A DNA stretch of 64,000 nucleotides from Gammaproteobacteria bacterium (GTDB lineage: Bacteria > Pseudomonadota > Gammaproteobacteria > Ga0077536), in assembly GCA_965216305.1 (NCBI GenBank), contig OZ244144.1:5324941-5388940 (forward strand), in the 5' to 3' direction. A program made the position numbers and the translations under genes. Shown piece by piece: positions 10,267 to 21,233 of the stretch; position 1 is the stretch's first letter; every line of letters starts with the position of its first letter. The notes beneath the pieces were generated by a model. The model saw only the letters and a list, made by a program, of their open reading frames with translations. It was not told where the DNA came from and did not search any database.

Positions 10267-10821
10267 TTAATACAGAATCTCGACGCGTCGGTTCAACGCG
10301 TAGGATTCTTCGCTGTGGCCTTCCGTCACCGGTCGTTCTTCACCGTAACTGACCGCGTTCACCTGCCCCGCGGAAGCACCGAGCAACACGAGTTGTTTGC
10401 GCACCGCAAGCGCCCGGTGTTCGCCGAGCGCGAGGTTATATTCGCGTGAGCCACGCTCGTCCGCATGTCCCTCAAGGTTGATCGCAACACCGGGGTTTGC
10501 TGCAAGATAGGCTGCGTGCGCCTCGATCGTGCCGCGAAAATCGGCGCGGATGTTGCTGCTGTCGTAATCGAAGTAAATGACCCGCACGGACAAGGGACCG
10601 TCGGGGTCGTTCGGATTGCCGAGAGCGCTGCTTGAGTAAGGGTCGCCGTCGCCGATACCGGTGCTCACGGCGGAATCGATATCGTTCATTTCATCACTGG
10701 AGATGCCGCGGTCCTCGACCACCGCTCCTGTATTCGCATCTTTCGTTCGGTCAGATCCACCGCAACCGGCGAGACCTAAAGCCAGCATGATCATCACGGC
10801 CCATCTGGTCGAATTCATCAT
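10267..10821 (-). CDS. pal: Peptidoglycan-associated lipoprotein Pal
   Basis: Lipobox LALGLAGC and a C-terminal OmpA-like domain (NLALGEHRALAV). Downstream of tolB. Confidence 0.93.
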   Translation of the reverse strand: MMNSTRWAVMIMLALGLAGCGGSDRTKDANTGAVVEDRGISSDEMNDIDSAVSTGIGDGDPYSSSALGNPNDPDGPLSVRVIYFDYDSSNIRADFRGTIEAHAAYLAANPGVAINLEGHADERGSREYNLALGEHRALAVRKQLVLLGASAGQVNAVSYGEERPVTEGHSEESYALNRRVEILY

Positions 10822-10894
10822 TTGTTTCTCCTTCTCCCCGTCCTTTTCGGACGGCGCGAGGTCGTTTGAATGGCCGGGTGTTACGGCCGGAATG

Positions 10895-12211
10895 TTACGG
10901 TCGAAGCGGCCCCCATGCAGGTTCGCGAACTTCGCCCTTCTGGAGAGCCAGGCGCTGCTTCACCCGGCCGTCGGCGGACACCGCGGCCAACTCAGTACCC
11001 TTCGATCCCATTGTCGCATAAATAATCATCGCGCCGTTCGGCGCGAAGCTCGGCGATTCGTCGAGCCGGGCGTCGGTCAACACGTCGAAACGATCCTTCT
11101 CGAGGTCGACCAGGGCGATGCGATAACCCTTGTCGCCGCCGTTGACGACCGCCATTGTTTTACCGTCCGGCGACAGGCTCGCGCGCGCGTTGTAATTGCC
11201 CATATTGAACGTGAGTCGCCGCGGCTCCCCGCCAGCGATTGAGATCTCGTAAATCTGCGGGCCGCCACCGCGGTCCGACGTGAACACGAGATGGCGGCCG
11301 TCGGGCTTCCAGCGCGCTTCCGTGTCGATCGCCGGATGCGTCGTCAGCCGGCGCGTCTTGCGGGTATCGAGATCCATGACGTAAATATCCGGATTACCAT
11401 CGGCCGAGCGCGTCATCGCGAGACGCCGACCGTCCGGTGAAAATGACGGTGCGCTGTTGATGCCGCGACCGAACGCCACCTTGTCGCGCTTGCCGGTGCG
11501 AATATCCTGAACGTAGATTGCGGAGTTACGGTCTTCGAACGACACGTAGGCAATACGGTTACCTTTCGGCGACCACGCCGGCGACAGCAAGGGTTCCGGC
11601 GATTCGAGGATTGTGCGCGCGTTGTGCCCGTCCGAGTCCGCGACTTGCAACTGATAGCGCGTACGTTTGCCGCCGAGCTTTTCTACCGTGACATACGCGA
11701 TACGGGTGGCAAACGCGCCCTTCATTTTCAATATCGCTTCGTAAATCAAATCGCTGACATGGTGTGCGGTGAGCCGCAGGTTCTCGCTGGTCGTCGGGAT
11801 CCGGAATCCGGCAAGCTGCTTTGCGGTGACCACATCAATTACGCGGAATTCGACAGCGTAGTTGCCGGACGCAACTTGTTTCACTTGTCCGATCACAAGA
11901 TTATCGATGCCGAGCAAGCGCCAATCCTTGAAATTGACGTCGCTGAATGATGCCGGGCGGGCCGGCAAATCCACGGCCGGTAATGGCGCGAAGCGCCCGC
12001 TGCGACGCAGATCGGAGGCGACGACGGCGCTGACGTTCTCCGGCGGGCTGCCATCACCGCGCCAGTCGAACGGTACGATCGCGATCGGCAATGCGCCCTC
12101 GACGCCCTGAGTAATCCTGATTTCGAGCAGGTCGCGCGATTGCGCCTGGGCCGGTCCGGCGATTAGCGCCAGGACGGACACTGCCAGCAAACGAATTATG
12201 ACTCTCACCAC
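10895..12211 (-). CDS. tolB: Tol-Pal system beta-propeller protein TolB
   Basis: Signal peptide; TolB N-domain and WD-like propeller repeats (PAWSPKG, PSFSPDG). GTG start. Confidence 0.93.
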   Translation of the reverse strand: MVRVIIRLLAVSVLALIAGPAQAQSRDLLEIRITQGVEGALPIAIVPFDWRGDGSPPENVSAVVASDLRRSGRFAPLPAVDLPARPASFSDVNFKDWRLLGIDNLVIGQVKQVASGNYAVEFRVIDVVTAKQLAGFRIPTTSENLRLTAHHVSDLIYEAILKMKGAFATRIAYVTVEKLGGKRTRYQLQVADSDGHNARTILESPEPLLSPAWSPKGNRIAYVSFEDRNSAIYVQDIRTGKRDKVAFGRGINSAPSFSPDGRRLAMTRSADGNPDIYVMDLDTRKTRRLTTHPAIDTEARWKPDGRHLVFTSDRGGGPQIYEISIAGGEPRRLTFNMGNYNARASLSPDGKTMAVVNGGDKGYRIALVDLEKDRFDVLTDARLDESPSFAPNGAMIIYATMGSKGTELAAVSADGRVKQRLALQKGEVREPAWGPLRP

Positions 12212-12214
12212 CTG

Positions 12215-13177
12215 TTACTCCGGGTCAAATACGAACTTGATTTCGCGCATGCGCTGAAACAGCCGCGGGTCGGACGGTACCGGCAACGGCGCGGCCTTGC
12301 GCACGGCGTTTTCGGCCTGGCGATCGAACGAGGCGTTGCCACTTGACTCGATCACTCGCGCCTCGACAACTTCACCACCGGGGATCATGCGCACGTACAG
12401 TGTGCATCTCAATCCTTCGGCAACGCCGGGATAGATAAAAACGTTCGCCACCCGTGAACGCACGGCTGCGATGTAGCGCGCGATCTCCGTCTCGTCGGCA
12501 CGTGCCTGTGCTGCCGCGGAACGCTCTTTTTCTTCCCGCGCCAGCGCATCACTCAAGGCGGCCGCGCGTTCTGCCTCCTCGCGAGCCTTCTGCTCCTCCG
12601 CCTCGCGCTTCGCTTGCTCGAGGCGTTCTTGTTCGAGTGCCTCCAGGCGCGATTTCTCCGCCGCAAGCTTTTTCTGCTCGGCGGCGACGCGTTCCTTCTC
12701 GACCTGTTTTTGGCGTTCGAGTTCAGCCTGTTCCTTGCGCTGTTGTTCGGCGACGCGCTGCTTTTCCTCGGCGAGCTTCTTTTTCTCCGCCGCGACACGT
12801 TCCTTCTCGGCCTGCATTTCCGCGGCCAGCTTCTTTTTCTCGGTGGCGACGCGTTCCTTCTCGGCCTGCTTCTGTCGCTCGAGCTCGGCTTTTTCTTCAC
12901 GCAAAGCGGCCGCTTTCTTCGCTGCGGCCTCACGTTCCTGCGCCTGTTCCCGACGTTTCTTTTCGTCAGCCTCGCGCAGTTTTGCGGCCTGCGCTTCGAG
13001 CACTTCGTTGTCGATTGCGCGCGCGTTCACGATTGGTACATCCGGTGCCACCACGGGCGCCGGGTCGGCGGCAAAGTCCGTGCCGACAATCAACACAGCC
13101 AGCACCACGATATGAATACCGATCGCGTAGATGAACGCGCGTGATTTTCGGGTTCGCTCGCCCGGCATGACTAGCAT
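12215..13177 (-). CDS. tolA: Tol-Pal system protein TolA
   Basis: N-terminal TM anchor, a long K/E/A-rich helical domain II with 18-aa periodic repeats, and a C-terminal TolA domain III. The ORF track start at 13336 overlaps tolR; start re-called at ATG 13177 (MLVMPGERTRK). Confidence 0.88.
   Translation of the reverse strand: MLVMPGERTRKSRAFIYAIGIHIVVLAVLIVGTDFAADPAPVVAPDVPIVNARAIDNEVLEAQAAKLREADEKKRREQAQEREAAAKKAAALREEKAELERQKQAEKERVATEKKKLAAEMQAEKERVAAEKKKLAEEKQRVAEQQRKEQAELERQKQVEKERVAAEQKKLAAEKSRLEALEQERLEQAKREAEEQKAREEAERAAALSDALAREEKERSAAAQARADETEIARYIAAVRSRVANVFIYPGVAEGLRCTLYVRMIPGGEVVEARVIESSGNASFDRQAENAVRKAAPLPVPSDPRLFQRMREIKFVFDPE
12660..12900. repeat. Imperfect tandem DNA repeats of about 41 bp inside tolA domain II (three copies, at 12665, 12774 and 12828)
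   Basis: Motif AGCTTCTTTTTCTC...GCGACRCGTTCCTTCTCGRCCTG recurs at spacings of 108 and 54 bp, encoding EKERVAAEKKKLA-type 18-residue periodicity. Confidence 0.75.
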
Positions 13178-13241
13178 TCCACCGCGCACAAGCGCACTCG
13201 AACGCGGGGATTCCACCGCAAGAGAACGTAGCGAATCATGT

Positions 13242-13667
13242 TCAGGTGCCCGGCGGTTCCGTGACGAGCCCCACCGTATCGACGCCGGCGCCCTGTAACA
13301 GCGCCATGATGCCGACGATGCGGCCGTACGGCACATCGCGGTCGCCCTTGACGAGGAATTGCGTATCCGGCCGGTACTTCAGCAGCCCGCCAACCCGCGT
13401 TACGAGTGTCGTTTCATCGAGCGGGGAACCGGCTTCCTCACCGAAATCGAGATACACCGAGCCGCTCGCATCCACCGTTACGATTACCGGTTCGCGCTGC
13501 GATGGGGGTATCACTTCGGACGGCGCCTGCGGCAGATCGATCTTCACCCCCTGCGTGATCAACGGTGCCGTAATCATGAAAATAATCAGCAAAACGAGCA
13601 TCACGTCGATGTACGGGACGACATTGATGTCCGACATGAGTCGTTGTTTTCGGCGCCGGCGTACCAT
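13242..13667 (-). CDS. tolR: Tol-Pal system protein TolR (ExbD/TolR family)
   Basis: Motif INVVPYIDVMLVLLIIFMITAPL, 141 aa. ATGA overlap with the tolQ stop. Confidence 0.93.
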   Translation of the reverse strand: MVRRRRKQRLMSDINVVPYIDVMLVLLIIFMITAPLITQGVKIDLPQAPSEVIPPSQREPVIVTVDASGSVYLDFGEEAGSPLDETTLVTRVGGLLKYRPDTQFLVKGDRDVPYGRIVGIMALLQGAGVDTVGLVTEPPGT

Positions 13668-14350
13668 CAGCTGGAGGTATTGACCTGACGTTGCAGAATG
13701 GCGGAGAACTCCTCGACAAAAATATCGTAGCGGCTGTAGAGCCGGTCGATCTCGCTCGAGAAACGGTTGTAGGCAATCACCGCCGGGATGGCGGCAAACA
13801 GCCCCATGGCGGTGGCGACCAGCGCTTCGGAAATACCCGGCGCAACCATCGCGAGGGTTGCCTGGTGTACGTTACCGAGCGCCTGGAACGAATTCATGAT
13901 GCCCCAAACAGTGCCGAACAAGCCGATGTAGGGACTCACGGAGCCGACGGTTGCGAGCGTCGGCAGGCCGGCTTCGAGCACTTCGAGGTGCCGGTTGATT
14001 GCGATCCGCATCGCGCGTTGTGTCCCTTCGAGGACGAGGCCGGGGTCGATCTTCTCGCGCATGCGCAGGCGCGCATACTCCTTGAAACCCGATTCGAAGA
14101 CTTTTTCGAGACCTTCGAGGTCGACACGCTTCGCGCTGACCCGGTTGAACAGCGCGGTCAGGTCGTCAGCGCTGCGAAACTGATCCTCGAAGGAGCGTGC
14201 TTCGCGTTTCGCGAGCCTGAGTTCGCGGCGTTTCGTGAAGATCAGCGTCCACGATGCAAGCGAGGCGAGCAGCAGCGTAAACATAACGAGCTTGACGAGC
14301 AGGCTGGCGCCAAGAATCAGACTCGCAATCGACAGATCAGCGTGCAGCAT
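13667..14350 (-). CDS. tolQ: Tol-Pal system protein TolQ (MotA/TolQ/ExbB family)
   Basis: Three TM helices and conserved TolQ sequence. Start re-called at ATG 14350 (MLHADLSIASL). Confidence 0.92.
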   Translation of the reverse strand: MLHADLSIASLILGASLLVKLVMFTLLLASLASWTLIFTKRRELRLAKREARSFEDQFRSADDLTALFNRVSAKRVDLEGLEKVFESGFKEYARLRMREKIDPGLVLEGTQRAMRIAINRHLEVLEAGLPTLATVGSVSPYIGLFGTVWGIMNSFQALGNVHQATLAMVAPGISEALVATAMGLFAAIPAVIAYNRFSSEIDRLYSRYDIFVEEFSAILQRQVNTSS

Positions 14351-14762
14351 GCTGCATCTCCGCATATAGGTGGGTCGGTATCGCGCACGGCCGCATGCTC
14401 GTCGTACTGACGCAACCAACCTTGACCGTGGCGCGGCACAAGGTCATCTCGCCACGAACGATGTCCTGGTCGAACTCGATGCTTGCGCGGCCACAACGGG
14501 CGATCGCACACAATACGTCAATCTCGTCGTTGAACAGCGCCGGCGAACGGTAATCGATACTGATTTTTTTTACGACAAAAATTACCCGCTCGCGTTCGCC
14601 CAGCTCGTCCTGCTCAAAGCCGAGGCGACGCAACCATTCCGTACGCGCGCGTTCCATGAAGCGGAGATAATTCGCGTGGTAGACGATGCCGCCGGCATCC
14701 GTGTCTTCGTAGTAAACCCGTACCGTCCAGCGAAATGCGCCGCGCTCGTGAGTGCGTTCCAC
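14337..14762 (-). CDS. ybgC: Tol-Pal-associated acyl-CoA thioesterase YbgC (4HBT fold)
   Basis: Motif FRWTVRVYYEDTDAGGIVYHANY matches the YbgC N-terminus. Likely GTG start at 14762, two nt after the ruvB stop. Confidence 0.85.
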   Translation of the reverse strand: MERTHERGAFRWTVRVYYEDTDAGGIVYHANYLRFMERARTEWLRRLGFEQDELGERERVIFVVKKISIDYRSPALFNDEIDVLCAIARCGRASIEFDQDIVRGEMTLCRATVKVGCVSTTSMRPCAIPTHLYAEMQHAAR

Positions 14763-14764
14763 GT

Positions 14765-15814
14765 TCAATCGGTATCCGCGGGCTGATCGAACAAATCCTG
14801 TACGTGAACGTTCGCGGCCGGCGGTTCGAGGCCGAAATGCAGCCACGCAGCCCGCGTCGCCATGCGTCCGCGCGGGGTACGCATGAGGAAACCCTGCTGG
14901 ATCAGAAACGGTTCCAGCACATCCTCGATCGTGCCGCGTTCTTCGCCGATCGCGGCCGATATGCTGTCGATACCAACCGGGCCGCCGTCAAACTTCTGGA
15001 TCACCGACAGCAATAGCTTTCGATCCATCATGTCGAAACCGTTTACGTCCACGTTCAGCATATCCAGCGCCCGCGCGGCGACGTCTTCGCTCAGGGCGCC
15101 GTCAGCGCGCACTTCGGCGTAATCGCGCGCGCGTCGCAACAGGCGGTTCGCAATTCGCGGCGTGCCTCGTGCGCGCCGTGCAATTTCCGCCGCGCCGCGC
15201 GCATCGATGGCAACACCGAGAATGCGGGCGGCCCGCAGTACGATCGACGTCAGGTCTTCGGTGGAATAGAACTCGAGCCTTTGCACAATGCCGAAGCGAT
15301 CGCGCAACGGCGACGTCAACAGGCCGGCGCGAGTGGTGGCGCCGACAAGCGTGAACGGCGGCAGGTCCAGTTTGATCGCGCGCGCCGCCGGGCCTTCGCC
15401 GATCATGATGTCGAGCTGATAGTCCTCCATCGCCGGATAGAGGATCTCCTCGACCACGGGGCTCAGGCGGTGAATCTCGTCGATAAACAGCACGTCATGC
15501 GGCTCGAGGTTCGTGAGCATCGCGGCGAGGTCGCCGGCGCGTTCGAGTACTGGCCCGGAAGTCTGGCGCAGATTCACGTCGAGCTCATTCGCGATGATGT
15601 GAGCGAGCGTGGTCTTGCCGAGCCCGGGTGGTCCGAAGATGAGGACGTGGTCGAGCGCTTCGCGTCGTTTGCGCGCGGCGGAGACGAAGATCTCCATTTG
15701 CTCGCGCACCGCGGGCTGCCCGGTGTAATCGTCGAGGCGACGCGGCCGGATTGCGTTTTCCACCGCGGTGTCGTCGCCGGCCGGTTCGCCATCGATCAGT
15801 CGAATTTCATCCAT
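14765..15814 (-). CDS. ruvB: Holliday junction branch migration ATPase RuvB
   Basis: AAA+ Walker [12 protein letters not shown] and Walker [10 protein letters not shown]; 349 aa. Confidence 0.96.
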   Translation of the reverse strand: MDEIRLIDGEPAGDDTAVENAIRPRRLDDYTGQPAVREQMEIFVSAARKRREALDHVLIFGPPGLGKTTLAHIIANELDVNLRQTSGPVLERAGDLAAMLTNLEPHDVLFIDEIHRLSPVVEEILYPAMEDYQLDIMIGEGPAARAIKLDLPPFTLVGATTRAGLLTSPLRDRFGIVQRLEFYSTEDLTSIVLRAARILGVAIDARGAAEIARRARGTPRIANRLLRRARDYAEVRADGALSEDVAARALDMLNVDVNGFDMMDRKLLLSVIQKFDGGPVGIDSISAAIGEERGTIEDVLEPFLIQQGFLMRTPRGRMATRAAWLHFGLEPPAANVHVQDLFDQPADTD

Positions 15815-16042
15815 AGTCGAACCCGGTGACGCTCGTCTCGCTGTCGGGAGTTAAGTGCCCGGCGCGGGTGGCCTGGTGAGCTGTTGCGCGCGCGGTGGTC
15901 CGCATTGTACCGAAGCGCGCGGTTCGGACCGAGCATGACGACGGGGTTGCGTGAAGGCCAGCACATGCGCGCAGGCTAGCGCGTGATCGTGGCGGAAACA
16001 TGGCCGCGCTGCGACTGAACGCGGGCTTTTGCGGGCGGCAAC

Positions 16043-16636
16043 TCATGCCAGTCGCTGTAGCACCTCGCGAATGATCACGTCGCTGGTTTTGTCACTCGTT
16101 TCAATTTCGAGAACGAGTTTGCTCGCCTCCGGCGGCTTGTAACCGAGCGCGATCAGGCCACTGATGGCATCGCTGACCGCATCCGCCTGGGAACTTCCCG
16201 CCGGCTTAGCCGGCACGGCGACCGCGGGTGCCCAGTCGCCCACGCGATCGCGCATTTCGACTATCAGGCGTTCCGCGGTTTTCTTGCCGATCCCGGGGAG
16301 TGCGGTCAGCCGGGCAGTATTTTTTTCGTGCACGCAACGGACGAATTCATCGGTCTCGATACCGGACAGGATCGCGAGCGCGACCTTCGCGCCGATCCCG
16401 CTGACCTTGATCAGGGCGCGAAACAGATCGCGTTCCGCGGCGGTCGCGAAACCGAACAATAATTGCGCGTCCTCGCGGACGACGAGATGGGTGAGCACGA
16501 TGACGTCGTTGTCAATGTCAGGCAGCGCCCAAATCGTCGTCATCGGCACTTCCACCTCGTAACCGACGCCATGGCAATCGATGACGATCCACGGTGCGCG
16601 CTTTTCAACCAGGCGGCCGGCGAGTCGACCAATCAT
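16043..16636 (-). CDS. ruvA: Holliday junction DNA helicase subunit RuvA
   Basis: N-terminus MIGRLAGRLVEK and an HhH domain. ATGA overlap with the ruvC stop. Confidence 0.95.
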   Translation of the reverse strand: MIGRLAGRLVEKRAPWIVIDCHGVGYEVEVPMTTIWALPDIDNDVIVLTHLVVREDAQLLFGFATAAERDLFRALIKVSGIGAKVALAILSGIETDEFVRCVHEKNTARLTALPGIGKKTAERLIVEMRDRVGDWAPAVAVPAKPAGSSQADAVSDAISGLIALGYKPPEASKLVLEIETSDKTSDVIIREVLQRLA

Positions 16637-17157
16637 CGTGGACGTCCACGGCGGCCGACTTTAGCCGCCTTGATACCGCGCAGGCCGTATTCCGTATGGC
16701 CATGGCACAACGCGGTGGCCAGCGCATCGGCGGCATCCGCGGCCGGGGATTCGGGCAAACACAATAACGCCTTGATCATATGCTGAACCTGCTGCTTTCC
16801 CGCGTGACCGCGGCCGACGACTGCCTGTTTGATCTGGGTTGCGCTGTATTCGAAAACCGGCAGCGACAACTTCGCACACGCGACGATTGCAGTACCGCGT
16901 GCCTGACCGAGCTTCAATGCCGAGTCCGGATTGCGGCTCATGAAAATTTTCTCTATCGCCGCGTGATCCGGTTCGTGTTCCGCGACGACGCTGGCGATAG
17001 CATCGTAAATCGCCCGCAAGCGGGCGGGCACATCGAGTTCGGCCACCTTGATGCAGCCGCTGTCGATATGCACGGCGCGTGCGCCGTCCATGCGTACCAC
17101 GCCGTAACCTGTGATTCTGGAACCTGGATCAATGCCGAGTATGGTGATTACCGGCAA
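16633..17157 (-). CDS. ruvC: Crossover junction endodeoxyribonuclease RuvC
   Basis: Motif ILGIDPGSRITGYGVV matches the RuvC N-terminus. The ORF track start at 17241 overlaps yebC by 68 nt; a TTG at 17157 gives the canonical N-terminus. Start uncertain. Confidence 0.85.
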   Translation of the reverse strand: MPVITILGIDPGSRITGYGVVRMDGARAVHIDSGCIKVAELDVPARLRAIYDAIASVVAEHEPDHAAIEKIFMSRNPDSALKLGQARGTAIVACAKLSLPVFEYSATQIKQAVVGRGHAGKQQVQHMIKALLCLPESPAADAADALATALCHGHTEYGLRGIKAAKVGRRGRPR

Positions 17158-17173
17158 TGAGGGCGGCCTTTGC

Positions 17174-17923
17174 TCATGCGTCGATCTGGGCGAGCACTTC
17201 GTCGGAGATTTCCGCGTTCGAGTAGACCTTCTGGGTATCATCGAGTTCTTCGAGCATATCGAGCAGGCGGATCATCTTTTCCGCATCTTCGGCGTCCAGC
17301 GGGGTGCTGATTTCGGCCCGCATCGTGACTTCCGAGCTTTCCGCCGGATGGCCGGCTGCGACCATCCGGTCACACACATCGCTGAAATCATCCGGTGCGG
17401 TGAGAACATCGATCGAGGTGTCGTCGTTGACGACGACATCTTCCGCGCCGGCTTCGAGCGCGGCTTCCATGATCGCATCCTCGTCGCTGCCGGCCGGGTA
17501 GCTCAGTAATCCGACCTTCGCGAACAGGTAAGCGACGGAGCCGTCGGTGCCAAGATTACCGCCGCTTTTGCTGAACGCATGGCGGACTTCGGCGACAGTG
17601 CGATTGCGGTTGTCCGTCATGCAATCAACCATGACCGCGATCCCGCCCGGACCGTAACCCTCGTAGCGGATCTCGTCGTAAGCGTCGCCCTCCCCGCCAC
17701 CCGCGCCTTTCGTCACCGCGCGATTGATCGTGTCCTTCGTCATGTTGTTGCTGAGCGCGTCGTTGATCGCGGCGCGCAGACGCGGATTCGAGGCTGGATC
17801 ACCGCCGCCCATGCGCGCGGCAACGGTAATTTCCCGGATCAGTCGGGTAAAAATTTTGCCGCGCTTGGCGTCCTGCCGGCTCTTGCGATGCCGGATGTTC
17901 GCCCACTTACTGTGCCCTGCCAT
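17174..17923 (-). CDS. yebC: YebC/PmpR family DNA-binding transcriptional regulator
   Basis: N-terminus [14 protein letters not shown], 249 aa. Conserved upstream of ruvC. Confidence 0.93.
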   Translation of the reverse strand: MAGHSKWANIRHRKSRQDAKRGKIFTRLIREITVAARMGGGDPASNPRLRAAINDALSNNMTKDTINRAVTKGAGGGEGDAYDEIRYEGYGPGGIAVMVDCMTDNRNRTVAEVRHAFSKSGGNLGTDGSVAYLFAKVGLLSYPAGSDEDAIMEAALEAGAEDVVVNDDTSIDVLTAPDDFSDVCDRMVAAGHPAESSEVTMRAEISTPLDAEDAEKMIRLLDMLEELDDTQKVYSNAEISDEVLAQIDA

Positions 17924-18003
17924 GCCTATTCCCGGGTGGTTACTTCAAGCAACGCGTATTTTCGCAGAAGTGCGTCGCGCTTGCAGCGGATGCGAGACTT
18001 TGA

Positions 18004-19080
18004 TCAGGCGTCGTTGTTACCGTAAATCGTCTGCTTGCCGGCGGCGGCGAAATCGAGCAGGCGCTTGATCGGGATCCGCGCACGTTCGCAGACCTCGGGC
18101 GTGAGTTTGATCTCATTCGTCCCCTGGCGCAGTACTTCCGCCAGTGGTTCGAGTCGGTTCATCGCCATCCACGGGCAATGCGCACAACTGCGGCAGGTGG
18201 CACCGCGACCGCTGGTTGGTGCTTCGATCAAGGTCTTGTGCGGCGCCGCGGCCTGCATCTTGTAGAAAATGCCGGCATCGGTGGCGACAATGAATTCGTC
18301 GGCAGGCAGATCCCGAACGGCCGCGATCAAGCCACTCGTCGAGCTGACGACATCGGCCTGGGCAATTACGGACGGGGGGGACTCCGGGTGGACGAGCACT
18401 TTCGCGTGCGGATGTTCTGCTCGCAGTTGTTCGAGTTCGAGTCCCTTGAACTCCTCGTGAACGATGCAGGCGCTGTTCCACAGCAACATATCGGCGCCGG
18501 TCTGGGTGCGGATATAGTCACCAAGATAGCGATCCGGCGCCCACAGGATTTTTTCACCACGGGCGTCGAGATGGCGTACGACATCGAGCGCACTGCCGGA
18601 CGTCACCATCCAGTCGGCGCGCGCCTTCACCGCGGCGCTCGTGTTCGCATAGACGACGACGGTGCGGTCCGGATGAGCATCACAGAACTCACTGAACTGG
18701 TCGATCGGACAACCGAGATCGAGGGAACAGTTTGCGTTCAGATCCGGCATCAGGACGCGCTTCTCCGGATTCAGGATCTTCGCCGTTTCGCCCATAAAGC
18801 GGACCCCCGCGACGACGAGCGTCGAAGCCGCATGTTCGTGGCCGAAGCGCGCCATGTCGAGTGAGTCCGAGACATACCCCCCGGTCGCATCGGCGAGCGC
18901 CTGGATCGCGGGATCGGTGTAGTAATGCGCGACGAGCACGGCGTCGCGGGCGCGTAACAGTTCGGTGATTTCCGCTTCGAGCGACGCGGATTCGGTCGCG
19001 GACAGTTGCTCGTGCCGCGTTGGCGGCACGTCGAATCGCGGCAGTTCGATATCGATAACGCCTGGTATCGGTGTGGCCAT
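18004..19080 (-). CDS. nadA: Quinolinate synthase NadA
   Basis: Motif [36 protein letters not shown] 19080 with GGAG 8 nt upstream preferred over the track's TTG at 19116. Confidence 0.92.
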   Translation of the reverse strand: MATPIPGVIDIELPRFDVPPTRHEQLSATESASLEAEITELLRARDAVLVAHYYTDPAIQALADATGGYVSDSLDMARFGHEHAASTLVVAGVRFMGETAKILNPEKRVLMPDLNANCSLDLGCPIDQFSEFCDAHPDRTVVVYANTSAAVKARADWMVTSGSALDVVRHLDARGEKILWAPDRYLGDYIRTQTGADMLLWNSACIVHEEFKGLELEQLRAEHPHAKVLVHPESPPSVIAQADVVSSTSGLIAAVRDLPADEFIVATDAGIFYKMQAAAPHKTLIEAPTSGRGATCRSCAHCPWMAMNRLEPLAEVLRQGTNEIKLTPEVCERARIPIKRLLDFAAAGKQTIYGNNDA

Positions 19081-19251
19081 ATCAGCTCCAGATGAATCGG
19101 GTGGCCGGCGCGCCAACCCCGTTATCGTTATATGGGGTCGTTTAGCACAAATTCAGCCGAGCCGTTGTCCAAAAACCTGTGCCGCGCCTGCCCGGCGACG
19201 AATTCGTTGAGACATTCAGCTGTAACAGTGCTCTACAGCCGAAGTAATCGC

Positions 19252-21021
19252 TTACTTCTGCTGTTTGTCCCCGGTTCGTGGTAAACGGATCCCGAGTTCC
19301 TTCAGCTGCGCTTCGCCCACCGGGGCCGGCGCCGAGGTCATGAGACAACTCGCGGTTTGCGTTTTCGGAAACGGAATCACGTCGCGGATCGACTGCTCAC
19401 CGGCCATCAACATCACGAGCCGGTCGAGCCCGAATGCGATGCCGCCATGGGGCGGGCAGCCGTATTGCAGCGCGTCGAGCAGGAAGCCGAATTTCTCCCG
19501 CGCCTCATCGGCCGCAATACCGAGCAGTTCGAACACCGCGCTCTGGGTTTCCGGATTGTGAATACGAATCGATCCGCCGCCGATCTCGCTGCCGTTGAGC
19601 ACCATGTCATAAGCCCGCGACAACGCGGTGGCGGGATCGTCGAGCGAACCGCTTGGCGCCGTGAACGGGTGATGCAGGGCTTCCCAGCGCTTTCCTTCAG
19701 CGCTCCAGCCGAACATCGGGAAGTCGACGACCCACACGGGGCGCCAGGCATCTTCGAGCAGTTCAAGGTCGTGCGCCACCCGATCGCGCAGGGCGCCGAG
19801 TGCCGCATTCACCGTCTCAACCGTATCCGCACCAAAAAAAATCACGTCGCCATCCGCGGCGCCGGTGCGCTCGAGGAGCGCCGTCACGACATCGTCGGGG
19901 AGAAATTTGAGAATCGGCGATTGCAGACCCTCGCGCCCGGCGGCAAGCTCGTTCACCTTGATGTAGGCGAGGCCTTTCGCGCCGTAAATGGCCACGAAAT
20001 CCGTGTAGTCGTCGATTTGCTTGCGGGTGAGGCGGCCGCCGCCAGGCGCGCGCATGGCCGCGACACGACCCGCGGGATCCCTGGCCGGACCGGCAAATAC
20101 CTTGAATTCAACGGCGGCCATGATGTCACCGAGTTCGACGAGTTCGAGCGGATTACGCAAATCGGGGCGGTCGCTGCCGTAGCGCGACATCGCTTCGGCG
20201 TAGCTCAGACGCGGAAACGGATCGGGCAGGGCGACGTTGAGCACGTTCGCAAACAACGCGCGGATCATGGTTTCCATCAGCCCCATCACGTCGTTTTCGT
20301 CGACAAACGACATTTCAACGTCGAGCTGGGTGAATTCCGGCTGCCGGTCGGCGCGCAAATCTTCATCGCGAAAACAGCGCACGATCTGATAGTAACGGTC
20401 GAAGCCGGACATCATCAGCAGCTGCTTGAATAATTGCGGTGACTGCGGCAGGGCGAAAAACCGGCCCGGATGCGTACGGCTAGGAACGAGGTAGTCGCGC
20501 GCGCCCTCGGGAGTCGCCTTCGTCAACATCGGCGTTTCGATATCGAGAAATTCGTTACCGTCGAGATAATCGCGCAGCAGGCGACTCACCTGCGCGCGCA
20601 AACTGATGTTGCGCTGCATACGCGCAGTGCGCAGGTCGATGTAGCGATATTTCAGACGCGTGTCTTCGTGGATATGCTGCTCATCAATTTGAAACGGAAC
20701 CGTTGCGGCAGCATTCAGTACCTCGAGCTCCTTGACCAGGACTTCAACCTTGCCGGTCGCCATATCGGCGTTCTCTGTGCCTTCGGGACGCCGGCGCACC
20801 CGGCCTTTCGCGCGCAGCACGAATTCACCGCGGACGCGTTCGGCGGTAGCGAAACTGTCCGGTGTGTCGGGGTCGATCACGATCTGGACGATCCCGGCGC
20901 GATCCCGCAGATCGATAAAAATAACGCCACCGTGGTCGCGCCGATTGTGCACCCAACCGCAGACGGTAATTTCGCTGTCGAGCTCGGCTTCGGTGATGTG
21001 TCCGCAGTAATGACTACGCAT
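19252..21021 (-). CDS. aspS: Aspartate--tRNA ligase AspS
   Basis: N-terminus [15 protein letters not shown], class II aaRS motifs, 590 aa. The track's 755-aa ORF is an over-extension; ATG 21021 verified. Confidence 0.95.
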   Translation of the reverse strand: MRSHYCGHITEAELDSEITVCGWVHNRRDHGGVIFIDLRDRAGIVQIVIDPDTPDSFATAERVRGEFVLRAKGRVRRRPEGTENADMATGKVEVLVKELEVLNAAATVPFQIDEQHIHEDTRLKYRYIDLRTARMQRNISLRAQVSRLLRDYLDGNEFLDIETPMLTKATPEGARDYLVPSRTHPGRFFALPQSPQLFKQLLMMSGFDRYYQIVRCFRDEDLRADRQPEFTQLDVEMSFVDENDVMGLMETMIRALFANVLNVALPDPFPRLSYAEAMSRYGSDRPDLRNPLELVELGDIMAAVEFKVFAGPARDPAGRVAAMRAPGGGRLTRKQIDDYTDFVAIYGAKGLAYIKVNELAAGREGLQSPILKFLPDDVVTALLERTGAADGDVIFFGADTVETVNAALGALRDRVAHDLELLEDAWRPVWVVDFPMFGWSAEGKRWEALHHPFTAPSGSLDDPATALSRAYDMVLNGSEIGGGSIRIHNPETQSAVFELLGIAADEAREKFGFLLDALQYGCPPHGGIAFGLDRLVMLMAGEQSIRDVIPFPKTQTASCLMTSAPAPVGEAQLKELGIRLPRTGDKQQK

Positions 21022-21233
21022 GGCTGGGTCTTTGCAGGCTAGTGGTGGGGGCCGTCGTCGAGGCCGGGCTATTTCGGACGGGAGGTGCCGTGTTCCGCTG
21101 GCCCTGCCGCGCGCGCATGATACGGCGTGCGCCTGTGCGTCGCAATCGGCCGCACCCGCGATCACCCGCGCGCTGCCCGCCGGAAGTGCTGGTGGCGACG
21201 TTCCAGGCGTGTGGCAAGTCGCGCGTGCGCTGC

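Noticed and set aside
12454-13144. Several 126-226 aa ORFs on both strands across the tolA repeat region
   Set aside because: These are low-complexity frames generated by the GC-rich K/E/A-coding repeats. The TolA frame is the only one with TM, helical and domain III architecture.
19357-20433. 358-aa + strand ORF antisense to aspS
   Set aside because: It is a GC-rich antisense frame of a highly conserved gene with no family resemblance.
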